Below are positions 35,301 to 49,856 of a stretch of DNA of 64,000 nucleotides, piece by piece. The position numbers were made by a program, and so were the translations under genes. Origin of the DNA: Oikopleura dioica. Lineage: Eukaryota; Animalia; Chordata. A model generated the notes under the pieces. That model was not told the DNA's origin and did no database searches. It worked only from the letters and a program-made list of their open reading frames with translations. The number at the start of each line of letters is the position of its first letter. Positions within the stretch are counted from its first letter, which is position 1. The DNA is taken from contig OU015568.1 in NCBI GenBank assembly GCA_907165135.1, positions 12,648,001 to 12,712,000 on the forward strand, in the 5' to 3' direction.

Positions 35301-36590
35301 TCCTTAGCATGGCCTTAACCCTTAGCTTATGAAAGAAGACATGGGAAGCCGGATTTTAGAGAAGATTTTTGAAAGAAAACAGCTCATTTTTATTCACTTC
35401 TCTGTCAAAATCCGGACTAAAACATTATCATAAGAGCCATTTAAGGGTGTCAACAACGATCGAATTAGGGTCTGTCTTATGATTCGACCAATTAATATCT
35501 TTTTATTCAGCCTTTGAGGATTCCAAATCTTTTTTCAGATCTGAAATATCTCTGAAAATATGAAATCAAATATCAGGAAGGTACCTAAACTGTGGTAATA
35601 AAATTGGCAAAATCGTTGTTGACACCCTTAATAATGCAATTTTATGAAATTAATCCGCATAAGATACGTTAATTGTTGAAGCCCTAACTATTCGATACAC
35701 CTGTTTCGCATCACTGACGGATCTTTTTTAGGGTTTAACTGAATCAAATTTATATTTCAGTAATTCACCAAATTGTCTGAACCCCAAGCCATGAAATAGT
35801 ACAAGCGAATTTTTGACCACGATTAAATCATCGAAGCTGTTCAAAATCTGGTAATCGTGGTTCATCGCACAAACGATATTCGGCCCGAATTGAGCAATGT
35901 GTCGAAGGGATGAGAGCAAATCCTGTGTTTGCGAGAGATTAAGCGAGTTGAAAACGTTTTCCAAGAAAATAAACGGTGCTCGTGTGAAAAGCGCCGTCGC
36001 TACTTTGAATTTAATTCTGTTGAAGGTGGTCCATTTGTCGGTGATGTTCAGCATTCGAATCACTATAAATAACAATCAGATAATTAGGAAACCAGGTCAA
36101 TTAGGAATTAGCGACGTTCACTTGAGGACAAGCTTCTTAGAAGCGTTGCTGGGGTGATGTAACAAGAAGCTGGAAGCTTGGCAAAAGACGAGTTTAATCA
36201 GCGTGGCAAATTACCGCCCATATTAACAGGCTATTTCAGGTCATCTAAAATGCCCTCGCCATGTAAAGAAAAGTTTTCAAGAGTTAGTGATCAAGTTACT
36301 TTTTCTTTTTTCTTCCGGTCCAAATTAATCATCGGTCGAAAATTTGACTTTCTTCGCCCGTTACTCGGAAAAGAAGGAGTTTTTTTTTACCTTGATGGAC
36401 AAAATCATTCTGGTCCTTTTTCTTCATCGTCGGATTCATGAGCGAGAAACAGATTCCCAAGGAAGTAAGAACATCGCCCTTCATTTTTGTATCTATGGCT
36501 TCTCCGAAGAGGATTTTGGAGTACTGTGCGAAATTTTCATCTTCTGCGTGGCCAAATCTGAAATTCGGGTAAATCGGATGCTGCACGTTC
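32320..36590 (-). CDS. Highly diverged ABCG-like transporter, many small exons (boundaries approximate)
   Basis: KFKVATALFTRAPFIFLENVFNSLN..LLSSLRHIA..NIVCAMNH...FDDLIVVKN..VLFHG aligns with the ABCG NBD C-terminal half. Hydrophobic TMD-like exons follow. Confidence 0.45.
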
Positions 36591-39268
36591 CGACAAAAAC
36601 AACAGGGACATTGATTACGTCTGTAATTGGCGGCTAATCAGAGCACCACTCGGCTGCTTCTTTTTATCACACTTTAGGTGTTTTAAGACATCGCGCAGTC
36701 ATCTTTGTGGTTTTTGAACGTGGTTTTGAGGAAAAAAGACCAACATCAATACGATGATACCTTACTTGTTGTTTTAACTAAGATATGAGTATTTACTTTG
36801 ACACCATTGAAATCCCCTTGACTGTGTATTTGATTGTATCAAATACAAATCTTGGATTTGCATCTCATTTTTCTAAGTTGATTTGATAATATAATGGATT
36901 CTGAATTCGAACCTCTCAAATAAGGGGATAGATCTGAAAGGATCCTTTAGGTCATTTATTCCAGAAAAATAAGGGTGTCACTTTATAAAATCCATGCAAA
37001 AAAAAACAACTAATAAGGTTTATCGATGTCTTCCTCTTGAAATTTCGACCTACCTCGTGATAGATTCGAACAAGCTCTTCGCAAAGAGAATATCTTCAGC
37101 ATCATTTGCTATGAGAAGAGTTAGCCTCCTATTCGGAAAGAATCCATTTTGACCATCCTTTGAAAATTCAGCAAATAACGAAGGTGCTCTAAAGTTTCCA
37201 TTTCAAATTCAAGCCGTTAAGTTATGAAATAAATTGACATATTTAAGACGCTTTTTAGACGTGCTTGAGAAGCCGCAAGCATTTTAAAATTGTGTGTTTA
37301 TTCTACCGAGGCTTGAATCCAGAAGTAGCCGTGTACTTTGTCACAAAACAGTCATTATTCCACATTTAGTGATTTTTTTTCTCTCGTGGAGGAATGCACT
37401 TTTTGCCGTGACGCGGGTCATATGTTTTACGATAAGTAAATGTCTTCAAACGGTGTTTTCACTCTTTTCTTTGAATCTTTGGGAAAACTGGAAGCAGATT
37501 GAAATTGATCCGCGGAACTCATCGAAGATCCCAACGGATCAACTGATAAGAATAACGGAAGCCGTCGAAAGCCCAGACGAATACTTAGCTGTTGTTTAAA
37601 CTTTGACGGCTAAAATACGTAGATCAGAAGTTCAAGCAATTTCTCGTCCGCAGATTGAAAACCAGTGTCAAATATAACTTTGATTTTTAATACTAAGCTG
37701 GATTTTTCGCGCGAAGAAGAAGACCAGATTATCCGCTAATGAGATGATTTCTTGAGCAGCTTCAAAGAATTATCGATCTGATAGAATTCGGGATTACTAG
37801 TTGGTGTTATTTTTTTGCGAATTGAACACCATGCAAGGTCAATTTCAAGATTCCCTTGAGCTCTTCTGCCTTTTTTAATATTAAAAAAAAAGAATAAATT
37901 CAAGTCTAAACTCGGGGTTTGATCATTTTTTTATGTTTTTGTATTTTTAAAGTGTACATTTAGTTTATTACTTAGATCAGTATACTTAGGTGTTCAAGCA
38001 ACATCAAACTGCTTATCATCTCATTCCCCTCGAAGCTGCCTGTAATTCCAACAATATTTATACTGCACGTTCCCTTACTCTTCAAAAACTGATTTTCAAG
38101 TAGCTCTTGCTGGCTCTATTTTCGGCGATCCCGAAATTTCACTGCCGTGGCACTTCTAACGGAAGCCGCAAAAATCACCATGGGCTTCTATTTTTTCGGT
38201 TGCTAATTTAGTGATTTGATTTTGTTTTTCAAAAAACTTGCTTCTCCGCCACCTCGAGCTGAATATTCGCGTTTAGAAATGATCACGTCCTCGCGTCAAA
38301 GAATCCAGGTCACATTGACCTGTCCCTCTGACCTATCATTTTTTTCTTCATCATTCTTCTCTTCATTCATCTTCAGGGATGGTTAAATGGTAAAGAGATG
38401 GAAAAATATTACTCTTGTAACTGAAATTAATATTCTTTTAGTCAATCTAATAAAGGGAAAGACATAGGATAAGACTAATTTTCCGTAAGAAAGACATGTC
38501 AATTTACCCATAAACGAGGGTCTTGTATTTTTTAAGAATCATTTGTCCAGTTTGTAATTTGATTTTAATTTAATTTATTATAATTTAATTTAATTTTTGT
38601 AATTTATCATAAGGTTCCATACTCGACCCGTGAGGCACTACCAGATGACATTTGGTTTAATGGATTTCAAAATTGAATGCAGATGTCTTAATTCATTTCA
38701 CACGTTCTTTTGTCAAGGGATTCTATAGATAGTTCAAGATAACTAGAAATTTTTATCTCTTTCATTTATTGACTGATTTAGATTCTGTACTACATTTAAT
38801 TAAGTCGTACGAAAATCGTATTTTTTTCTCACTCAAATCATGTTTGATGATATTTTTAAAGGACCTTAAAAATCTTGCTACCAATGAAAATCACTTTTTT
38901 ATATTCTTAAATAGGCTATTTTAAATAGCCTTTCGTAAATATAGTCCATAGCCTATGGACAATAGCTTTGTTTTTAAAAGTTAGAATTTGTATTTAATAA
39001 ATAAATCGTATAAAGAAGAGTCTTAATCTTTCCTTCCTGTGTCGGCCCAAGATCGAGTATCAATATTTACTGATCCTCTACTAGAAAAAAAAACGCTTTG
39101 CGCTACGCGCGCCTGCCGCGCTAGGTGGCGCTGATATTTAGCGCGCTTCATTATAAAATCACGATAACTGCCATTCAAGCTCGAAAAAGTTGAAACACAC
39201 AACCAAGTTCTAAGTGTCGCTTTTGTTTGCTCTATTTTTTGAAAGAAAAGATAAATTCCCGCTGAAAC

Positions 39269-40610
39269 ATGTGGCTTTTATCGAAAAATCAGCTAGTTAG
39301 AGCATTACCGCTTTTTGCCGCAGTCGATGCTCGAAAAGAGAATTGGGAATTTGGGGAGATTGAAGATACAACAACAGTGGCTTATAATGCAACGAAAGCT
39401 CCAATTCCAGCCGGAAGATTCAGTCTTGAAAGATTCGCTCCTGATGACATCGACCACTTCTGCGACTCTATCGAAGCCTGCATCGCGTTCAATCCACCTA
39501 ACAGCATGAATAGGGCAAAGGTGAGTCGGAAAAATGATCCTCCACCATCTTAAATTTACTTTAAGTGCGACGGACGAGTCTTCAGTGAAGAAAAGGGCAC
39601 GATTTCATACAGCAACTACCATAACCACGCCGCCTGTCGTTGGGAAATCCGCGCTCCAGAAGGCGCGAAAATCAAAGTCAAAGTCCACAGTGGTCCCACA
39701 TTTGGGATGGAGCACCACAGCTACTGCGGCAATGATAAACTCTCGCTAGGATATCCTTCCGAAGATGGAACTAAAAAACTCTTTGCTCGAATTTGTTCCT
39801 CGAAAAATAACTCAGAAAGGCCGTATAATGGTCTGATGCCGTCTTTCTCGCCTAATGGAGAAAAAATTCAGTCGTATAAATTCAGGGACGGAATAATCTT
39901 AGGTACGGGACTCTTACAGTTGCTCGAGCATTATCGCTTTTTATAGATACAAATGTCTTGATTGTCCATTTCCAATCCGATCAAGCAGATAAAGGCGTTG
40001 GGTTTTCTATGGAATACGAAATGGTCAACCTTCCAACTCAGTTGCCCATCATTGACGTCGGAGACAATCTGGAAGAAGATCTCCACGGAGTCATCGAAGC
40101 CCTCGCACCTCAGCTAGCGGACCATCACGAGGAAAAACTAGCGGCTCGTCTAACGGTCAGTTGGCGTGAGATTGATTCATTCTAGCTTTTTTGTAGAAAC
40201 TCTTCAAACGTTTCGACTCTCGAATGGTCAAATGCAACAAAACGCAAAAACTCCACGAAGTGATTTGGCAAGTCTCTCATGAAGACATCGACAAAACAAA
40301 AGAACTTTGGATGAGCTTCTTCCGAAACGCCTTCAACCAGTGCGATATTCCAATTATCAAGTAAGCCTTAGAATGCAATCGAGAAAGCAATAAATCATTT
40401 TTCAGCAATAATGAGGACAGATTTGACGGAACCAGCTGGCCGCGAAGAATCACCACGTGGTTCGAACGACTCAGACGCACGCTAGAACGCGCAAAAGCAA
40501 AAGAAGCGCGGCTAAAAAAGAAAGCTGAAAAGCAAGGGTAAGTTTAAATCTTCATTTTTTATAGAATTCAGGTGATATGCAGCTCGTGCCGATTTGAAAA
40601 ACGCAAATAG
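39269..40610 (+). CDS. Secreted CUB-domain protein
   Basis: CGRVFSEEKGTISY.NY.NHAACRWEI.APEG.KI...CGNDKL...FQSD....VGFSMEY across exons. Confidence 0.7.
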
Positions 40611-41339
40611 ACACGAAAAAATGACCTACTTGTAAAAATTTGTAAATTACTGCTAAAATATACACAATACTATTCCAAACCTTTTATTTTGATTTCAAAT
40701 AGAGCATATAAAAGATTATAAAAGCAACTGAAAAAACACAGTGGTGCGGGATCGATTTCTAAAGTGCGCGCGTTTGAATGCGGAGCACAATCAATAGGAA
40801 TTTTCGAATGTCATTCACGCATAAATGAATGGGCACACACTCTCAGGGAGCGCGTTGTGCGTTGCTGCCCGATTCCAGCAGCGCCGCGTGGGCGCTTTTC
40901 TTGAACCAAGATTTTGTTTGTCTTTTCAGCCGCCAGCGAGTGACTTTTCCGAATATTGAGTTCTTTTTTCTCGAGAACAGGAGTGAATGGTGTTTGTTTT
41001 TTGAAAGAAGGAGAGAGTAATTTACGAAAATGTCGATTTCCGAAGCGTCGAGCATGAAATCGGTGACGAGGAAGTCAGAAACGTCGGATGCTTCCACTTC
41101 AGAATCAGAGCCAATGGGTAAATATTGAAATTGTGAAAGCAAAAGGGACTAAACGATTTGTAAATAGCGCCGAAGGATTTTGAATTCAAAGTTCCTGGTA
41201 GGGAATTTATCACTTATCGAAACTCATTTATCGTTAATTGCCCATTTATCCCTTGAATCCTGTGCTCAAGTGTGTATTGTGCTTGTATCTCAAGTAATTT
41301 TTTGAACCAGAATTTTCAGTCATTCCACCGGCGAAGAAA

Positions 41340-43904
41340 ATGCCAAGCGTTGATCAGCTTGACCCGAGTTTTCGAGGAATCAACGAGGATGTTCCACAGG
41401 CGCTAAAAGACCCAGTAGAGGTTCAGAAGCTTCTTCTCGCAGAGCAAATGAAAAGTGCCGAAGCAAGGGTAAGATTATTTCTCCGAAATAAATCTGAAAT
41501 TTTTTCAGTCGAGTTTCGACTTTCTGATGGAGGAATACCAAAATGTGAAGAATCGTCTCAGTGATAAGGGATCGCCGGAAGCTCTCAGTCGCAAAACATC
41601 CAAACAAAGTGTCCAAGAGAGCACATCTGATGAGCTGCGGAAAATTCAAGCTGAACTGAATGCCACGAAAGCTCAGCTAAATGACATCCAAATGTCGAGT
41701 ACCAAGAGGGTACTCAATGGAGAGGACGATCCCCAGGTAAAAACCTCCATCTAGCTTTGTGAATTCAATTAATTCAGGGTCTGCACATCCCGGAAATGTG
41801 TCCAGCTGAGCTTGAAATGGTCAAGGCGACAGTTATCCACGAGAACAAGCACAAATACAATTTGGAAAAAGTGGGCTCCCTCGAAGAAGAAATCGAAAAA
41901 TACAGATCATTATACAACGAAACGCGATCTCGACTTACCATCATCAATGCCGACTTCGAGCAAGCCAAGATGGAGCGTTTTGAAGAAGTTGACGCGCTGA
42001 AATTCGAAGCTAATGTGCGCGTCCGAGAAGCCGAGAAAGATAGGGACTCGGCCAAGGCTCAACTCTTGGAGATTCGAAGACACGCGAATTCGCAAGTTGA
42101 TGGGCTAAGAAGAGAAATCACTGTTCTTAACGAAAAATTGGACTCCTACAAGACAGAAAACAAGACCCTCGAAGAAAGCAGACTGAAATCGTTGAAAGAA
42201 GTTGACTCTACAATCGTCGAAGCTAGGTAACTGTTTCCCTGTTGATTGTTTTACAAAGCAATATTAAGAAAGTCCGCACTTGACGCCCAAAATCAAGCTA
42301 AAATCAACGAGCTAGAAATCGACAGACTCAACAATCTGGTAGAATCGCGCGAAAAAGAGTTCTCCAAGTTGAGAGTTGAGCTGAAAGACACAAAAGCAAG
42401 CCTTGAAGTGCAGCGACGAGACTACAAAACACTTCAACGCGAAATTAAGGAGCAAGCGCTCAAGTTTGAGAACGATAAAGAAATGATAAAAGCAGAGTAT
42501 ACAAAGCAGATCAACGATGGAAGACTCGAAATCGAGAAATACAGAGGAGCTTGGAAAAAGGTTTGGAATCAAGGAAGATTATTTTTTATGAGGATGATTT
42601 TCAGGCTAACTCGCAGCTAGAAACGACACGAAAAAATGCAGAGAAGAGATCTGGTCTCGCCGAGCTTGCCGAGAAAAGTGCAAACGAAAGAATCGAAGAA
42701 ATTAAACGCGAACAGTGGGCTCTCGTTGAACAAATCCGTAGCGAAAAACGAGAGACTGATGCTCAACTTCAAAAAGAAACTGAAAATTGCAGTCGCCTTC
42801 GAAGCGAACTCGAAATGGCTAAGGAAGGGTTCAAAAGAATATTTTCGAGGGCTAACTTTTTCGAAATCGAAATCATGGAAGAATATTTTGAACTTTTGAA
42901 AGGATGAAATGAAAAATAATAACAGCGAAGCAGACCGAGTTAAAGCCAAATTCGAGAAACAAATTGTTAATCTACGAGACGAAAAGGCGAAGATTCAACA
43001 GTCGCTGAGTGAAGCTAGAATCAGAAACGAGCAAATTGACGAATTAAAGAAAACGATCGAAGTTGACCAAAAAGAAAAGAACGAATTGAGTAGACAGGTT
43101 TTTCTCAATACTTTTTCTTCAATAATTTTTAAAATTTTATTCAGCTCACAGAAAGAGATGGCCATTCAAAAGAGCTTTCTCTAGAAAAAGATGCTCTCAA
43201 GGCGGAAATTACAAAACTCCGACAAGAGCTCGGCATCTCCCTTGACGAAGCAAAACGAGCTAGAGAAGAAGATCGCATCAGCTTTTGGAAGAAAAGAATC
43301 GTCTCAACCAGCGAATTTCTCAGCTTGAAATCAAAAATCAAAATGTCTCGGATCAACTCGCAAAGTCAATTAATGATTTTGACGCGGCAAAGAATAAGCT
43401 TCAGAAAAAGTAATTGAATTGAAGACTTTTTATTCTCAAACTTCGTTTAAGAGTACGAAATCTGACAGAAGAAAGGTTGAAACTAGCGGCGGAGAAAGAT
43501 CGAAGCCATGCCGAGCTAGAGCTTCTGAAGAAGACAGGAGGCGTTCCGAAAGAAGAACATGATCGACTTAAGAAGAGGCTGCAGAGAATGCAAGGCAGGA
43601 TGTCCAACTTTGCTCACGTAAGAATGATTATTTTCTCAATAACCTCAGCAAAATTCTAGGCAATAAATATGCAAGAGGAAAGCTTCTCTGCCTCGCCTCA
43701 TTGGATATCTCCGCGAAAAGCAAGATCTAAAGAATCGGTCCTAACATTGGATGGAGTTGAAAATATACCAGCTGAATTAACTCTCATCAACAAAAGGTAC
43801 ACTTTTGATTGTGTTCTTCTCTCTTGAAATAAAACATCAGGTTGGATCAAATGGAACAAGACCACAAAACGCACGAAGAAGTATTCAAAACCCGCATGCA
43901 GTAA
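41340..43904 (+). CDS. CEP83: Centrosomal coiled-coil protein CEP83-like
   Basis: EVQKLLLAE, PAELEMVKA and LEEEIEKYRSLYNE.R....I.ADFE resemble the CEP83 N-terminus. Long coiled coil over about 10 exons. Confidence 0.65.
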
Positions 43905-44486
43905 AACGCCTCATTCCCAACAATTCCTATCTATTTTTCTACACAACCGCAATGTCCTCTGAGTTCCTTCTTTATTTTTCTACTTCAAATCTTATTTTTA
44001 CAATCAAAATTGCAACTTTTCTATGAATAAATTTCTATTTCTATATAACTTTGAGTATATTTTCCAAATGCAATTAGTTATGATTACGCATGAATGATTT
44101 GACTTTTGAAAAAAGCCTTTGAACGTAAAATTTGAGTGCTCTTAAAAATTACTTCAATAAATTCTTAGCTAGATTTAGAAAGTTCAGAAATTATTCGCTC
44201 GGCGGCAAAAGTAGCCATGTTAGCATCGATTGAAAGAGTTAAATTAATTAAAAGTTAAAAGTTGTTCTGTCTGTCTGTATTTCTCGCTTTTGAATTGAGA
44301 AGCTATTCATTTACAAATTGATAGTTGCGCAAGTGAGAAAAAGTTTATCAGCAGTTGTCACCAAGGGCCTCAAGTTAGAGAGACAAGTTGAGCGCGCGAG
44401 CGATTGAGCTGGAGTCATTTTTTATAACTGAGATCATCCCACAAAAAGAGTCACAGTGTGTCACAAGTACAGACACAACAAGACCG

Positions 44487-45288
44487 ATGGAGCAAATTGT
44501 TGACCAAACGCGGGCAAGATTGGAGAGAGTGAATGAAGAAACGCTCGAGCTCAGACATGAGCTCATGAAAACGAGAAATGAAAATGTAGTTCTGAAGTGT
44601 CAGCTGAAGCAAGAACTAAAGAAAAATGAAGCTTTAGGCAAAGGGTTTCTGATGAACTTTTCGTCAGACTTTTTCTAAAAAAATTCTTTTCTTTTTCATT
44701 TAGAATGAGAATCGTTATTAAATTTCGATTGTCAATTATAATTACTACCCTCTTGAAGACTCTAAAAATGAAGAACTTACTGCTCATATCAACCACCTGG
44801 AAGAATCGACAAAAACTGCTTTGAACTTTATGAAATGCATTGCCTTACAAGCGAAGGCTGAAATAAAACAGAATCGTGCAGAATTGACGACACTTTACAA
44901 GAGGTTTGGGGAAAAGACGGTAAGGGCAGTTAATATCTTTTTGTAGCTTCAGACGATTAGCAGAGTACGATAACTTGCACAGAATTGAGCTAGAAACAAA
45001 TCTGACAGTAACTGATACTCGAGTTATCGCTGCGCAAACAGAGCTTGAATCTCTCCAGCTGCACATCTCCAAGGAAAGGAAATTATCAAGTTTTCTTTAG
45101 ATAATTCGAATTTATTTTGAGCATCTCTTGATAATTTTCAAAAGCTTCGACAAAGCTTTCATGACTTCAGTGACGATATTTTGGAGATAAAAGAGACCAA
45201 AAAACTTCCAACGGCAAAGTCTGAAAATGAAGAGCAAAGAGACAAAAATCAAGACGAAGAATTTGACTGGGCTGATGATCAAGTCTAA
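44487..45288 (+). CDS. Uncharacterised coiled-coil protein (multi-exon, ends uncertain)
   Basis: Heptad-rich exons MEQIVDQTRARLERVNEETLELRHEL... separated by short introns. Confidence 0.4.
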
Positions 45289-45451
45289 TCTTTTTTCAGA
45301 GAAACAATGTGCAGCCATTCGAGCCCGCCTTTGCGTACTTTATTATTTTTTTCTAGAATGTAAATGATCTGTATTCGTTATTTATGATTTCATAACAGTC
45401 ATCCGAGAGAAGGTTGGTTCACGAAGTTAGCTTGAAGTTTGGAATCTGCGA

Positions 45452-46595
45452 ATGATGATGGAATATTCCAAATGGGCTCTTCTTCCTGTAAGTTTATTAA
45501 TTGATTCTTTTTCGAATGTCCGTTTAGTCCATTTATTGTATTTGGTTCATTATTATGCTGATTATTCTCCTCATTCAAGCAAAGACTAGTTGTCATATAG
45601 AAGAGCTCTGGTGGCCCTTCATTTCCCATCTTGGAACTAGGTAAGATGAACAAGCTTTGGCAATTTTTTTGAAGAATTAAGAGACCCGGAGGACAAAGTA
45701 TTCACAGCGACATTTGCCATCAGCGGTCTGTTGGCAATGTCGACAATGACAGTCGCATATAAATTCTTCGACTCTTCGAATCCAAAAGAAAACAGCAGAA
45801 TTAACATGATTGCTTGGATCATTGGTCTCGCTGGAGCGTTTTTCAAGCTTCTTGTCGGCGGCTATGGCGTGAGTACTTCCTGTTTACGTTCTGGCTAAAT
45901 TGAGTTAGGTTTATGATGCTGCGACAATTCATTTTATTTGCGCTGGGTTAGCTTTCTTTTTTGGCACCATTTACTGCTCCTTGATGGCTGTCGTGACAAA
46001 AAGGTAGGAAAATTGTCTTTTGTAAACAGGTCATTCTTTAGATATATTGAGCAGAACCCAAAGAGGAGATGTACGTGCATTTACTATCTCCGATTAACCC
46101 TGTCCGTTGTCTTGATGATTGGATTTGTCATCGGCTTTGTTCTCCATAATTACGTCAGCTCGATGCCTGAGTTCTGGGAGTCACCTGTCATGTAAGTTAT
46201 CATATTTAAACCTAAACAATAAGATTTCTTTAGAGATTTGCGATCACTTGGAAGACCAGAGTGTAACCAATTCGCAGATGAACTGAAGGCAGAACCAAAT
46301 GCATGGAAGCCGAGACAACATTCTCAGGAGTACATGGTCCTCACATTCGTTGGCGGCATAACCGAGTGGATTATGGGTACGTAAAATTTAATTTTCTGCC
46401 TCTGAAATTCAGTTATTTCTAGGCTTCGGTTTCATTACCTACCTTGGAAGCTTTACTGTCGAGTTCGCCCGAATCGAAAATATCACTTTCGAAATCGAAG
46501 AGCGCGCCGAACTCGAGGAGCAATTTTCAACGATAGAACAACCCAGCTGGTCAGCACTCCACAAGCAAAAGGAGCTTCCGAACCCAAAGCCCTAA
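45452..46595 (+). CDS. TMEM150/DRAM (Frag1) family membrane protein
   Basis: WALLP, PFISHLGT.DPE..VF and ITEWI...F.TY..SF..EF, with six TM-like segments. Confidence 0.75.
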
Positions 46596-48164
46596 GAAAA
46601 CTTTAATCATTCGCAGGAATCAACTCTGACACAAGTGCCTTTCAATACTCAATAAAACTACATAAACCTCAACTCTCGTTACTTTTTAGAAACTCTTTTT
46701 TTTGAGAAAGAGTTTTCTTAGTCGGTTTTTTGGTTTAGTTTGAAGGGTTCAAAGCGAGTTTGTTTGTAGAGGCGCGTTATATTGCCGTGAATTACACTTT
46801 TGAGACTTTGAACTTCTCGATTTTGAAAGGGAGTGGAAGTGTCACGTGCCGAAAATGGCACTTGAGAAGCTAAAGCCGCGGCGAGCTCAAACGCTTTTGT
46901 TGTTGATTCAGAGGAAATCAACTAAAACACAAATATAATAACAAGTTTGTATTAAATCGATGAATACTCCTCTCCAGCTATTTATCGATAAATTTGCAAA
47001 TTTTGGATTTTATTACTCGGGTAATCATTTCCGGAGAAATTCGCAAAAGCGTGAAAATTTCGCGCCGTTATTGACAGTTAAAATATCACTTGTGACGACA
47101 AGTGCTGACTCTGTTTACTGGCCAAATGCGGGGATGAAAATTTTTATGCAAATATCAGGTTTCTTTGAGGCTGGGCAAGAAAGACGGTTTACAGATGATC
47201 ATCATTGAAGAATTGCAATTAGGCGTAGCATCAAAGGTTATTTGCAGGGATTTTAGGAAACTTGGATGATACGAAGATGAATCAATAAAGAGTTTTTTTT
47301 TCGAAATAATTTACGAAATCGAAAAGAAGAACAAAGCGGGTACTTCACACTGTTAGTCAAGATTCTTGCCAAGAACTACCGAGCTATTTTCCTATGTTCA
47401 GCTGAACGGTGCCCAAGCAACACGGAGTCCCCAACAAAGCTCGCTCAAAAAACTCGGAAGTAGCTACAGATGGCTTTAACTCTCACAGATTCCACTTCCT
47501 GAGCCTCTCCAAACGGCGATTGTGTCAATTGGAGAGATGAAATGGCGCTAACAATTCTCTTTTGTAGCGAATCCGATCCAGCTGTAGATTTTAACCAAAA
47601 CAAAGAGGAAGATTAATTCAAGCCACAGGAAAGCGGATTACTCTGTGGTTACTGTTAAGTAACTATGGAACGCCGCGATATACTGTTCTGACTCGTATGG
47701 TTAATGGAACAACGGAAACAGCGAGTCTTCTTTGATTTTCTCCTCGAGGCCTAGGACCAGTCTTATTCAATCTCACTCATTTATGATCGAATATCTTTCT
47801 TATTATGATATAAATGATTACTACTAATTTTTAAATTGAAATTCAATTGTTTAATAATTTATGATATTATTCTAAAAATTATCGCATTGATGAGATTAAT
47901 ACTTTCAAAAAATCATATAAGCGTCTAAACAGGTCAAATGTATTAATTTGGAAGATTACCGACAGTCTACCTTTTGATCTTCTTTTCAACAATAATCTTT
48001 GGATAGTTCACGCCTTCGGCGCTTTCTCTGGCGCACCGGAGCGCACCTCCAACAGCGCCGCGTTTTTTTTTGGTAAAATCTGTTTTCAGGTGAGAATAAC
48101 TATTATTACAACTTATAAAAAAGTTTCAAAAAGATTAAAAATCGATTTTTGAAAAGAAAAAGAA

Positions 48165-49177
48165 ATGAGTGCCAGTGATGACAACGAGGAAATTCTTAAT
48201 TCCCCAGAAGATGGAGTCATTCCTTACCCAAGAACTGAGAAAGGTGCTAGAAAACCGAAGTGCGCTCGTTGCCGAAATCACGGAGTCATCTCCTGGCTGA
48301 AAGGACACAAGGCGAATTGTCGCTACAAAGACTGCAACTGCAACAAATGCATCCTAATCTCAGAGAGACGTCGGGTGATGGCAGCGCAAGTTGCGCTCAA
48401 AAGGCAGCAAGCAGCTGAAGATGCTATTGCTCTAGGCTTACGAATGCGACAGGACTCTTCTGATGGAGTAGACAACGCTGGTAACCCAAAGCTAGGATAC
48501 TTAGCCCCTGGACCAGTGTTCCCAAAAGGTAAAACTTGCTAAAAGCACGCACAAATTTATGATTCTCTGAGGATCAGATCATGAGGACGAACTCGACGAA
48601 ATCAGCGATGATGATGACTCAAAGCCAATCGTCGGAATCAAGCGCAAACTCGATGATAGCTTTGAATCTGCCCCACTCAAAAGATCCAGAACGAATTCAA
48701 AATACGTGAATCTCCTAGAGAGACTTTTTCCCGATCAGAAATCAGACGTAAACGCTGATAGTTTTGATTCAAATTAACATAATAAAGGTCCTCGAGCTCG
48801 TTCTTCAAGGTTGCAATGGAGACGTCGTCCGAGCGATCGAGCATTGCCTGGCAGTCGATGACAGCCGCAATGAGATCTCAAAGATAACGCGACAATCTGT
48901 TTCATCTGAGACTTCTTCTGCTACCCCGACGACCTCCTCTACGTCGCCAACATCGCCGGCTGAGTTTTTCCGAACTCTCACAAGTCCAGGTCGACCTCTG
49001 ATTCCGCCGATCTCCCCTGCTTACCCTTACATGGTAACAAATTTTGTAAACTAAACAATTCTAACTTTTTGGCTTCAGTCCTCCCCAAGTCTTCTTTTCC
49101 CGTGCCTCTACCCAGGACTTGCCGGCTTAGGAAGCCACCCTCATCTCAACACAGACTTGGCAAAATGGAAAAAGTAA
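48165..49177 (+). CDS. DM-domain transcription factor with DMA domain (DMRTA / Dmrt4-5 class)
   Basis: [21 protein letters not shown]...[16 protein letters not shown] domain [11 protein letters not shown]|[18 protein letters not shown]. Confidence 0.92.
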
Positions 49178-49252
49178 ACTTCCCGACAACAATTACCGAT
49201 ATATGCCGGCCTGTATCTCTTTTTTTCAATTTTCTGACAACACAAGCGCATA

Positions 49253-49856
49253 GACGTGCTTTTTTTAAGGTTGTGCAATTTATTTCACCCACTTCCTCAT
49301 TTTGAGACCCAGAACACCATACATATTTAGAATCAGTGAAAAAAATCTAGAAACTTGACCGTTTTAGTTTTTCGAAATTCACTTCCGGTTACGATTCTAG
49401 AGCCTGAAGTAGGCGAAATTTTGGAGTCATGGTAAAGTGTGACCTATCAAATTGATGCGCAGAAGATTTTCAATCATCTCATCATTGAGTAATTTGAAGA
49501 AACAGTCCCAAACGCGGTTAAACTGATCCGTAAAACTATGAAAAAAACATGATTTAATGAGAAATTTTTCAATTTTTACCGGTCGTTTACCGGCGGTTTT
49601 TGACCGCGGTTGAACTCGGTTCCGATAATAAATGACTAAATTCGTTGTGAGCTTCAATTTGATAGGTCATAAGCACGTTTTTCTTATAAATTTCGTGAAC
49701 TTCCGGCTCTAGAATCGTAACCGGAAGTGAATTTCGAAAAACGAAAACGGTCAAGTTTCTAGATTTTTTTCACTGATTCCAAATATGTATGGTGTTCTGG
49801 GTCTTAAATTGAGGAAGTGAGTGCAATAAATTGCACAACCTTAAAAAAAGCACGTC
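49253..49856. mobile_element. MITE with about 155-bp TIRs, flanked by a 3-bp direct repeat ATA
   Basis: GACGTGCTTTTTTTAAGGTTGTGCAAT...ATTGCACAACCTTAAAAAAAGCACGTC. ATA at 49250-49252 and 49857-49859. No coding capacity. Confidence 0.9.

Noticed and set aside
38913-38960. Two adjacent short hairpins (possible Helitron-type end)
   Set aside because: No matching terminus or second copy in the window, and the context is AT-rich.
39118-39133. CTCF-like motif CGCTAGGTGGCGC
   Set aside because: A single motif match cannot be supported without binding data.
40843-41142. 99-aa minus-strand ORF
   Set aside because: Non-ATG start, no domain or splice support.
47440-47600. Possible DMRT autoregulatory sites upstream of DMRTA
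   Set aside because: Only half-site matches, which are expected by chance.
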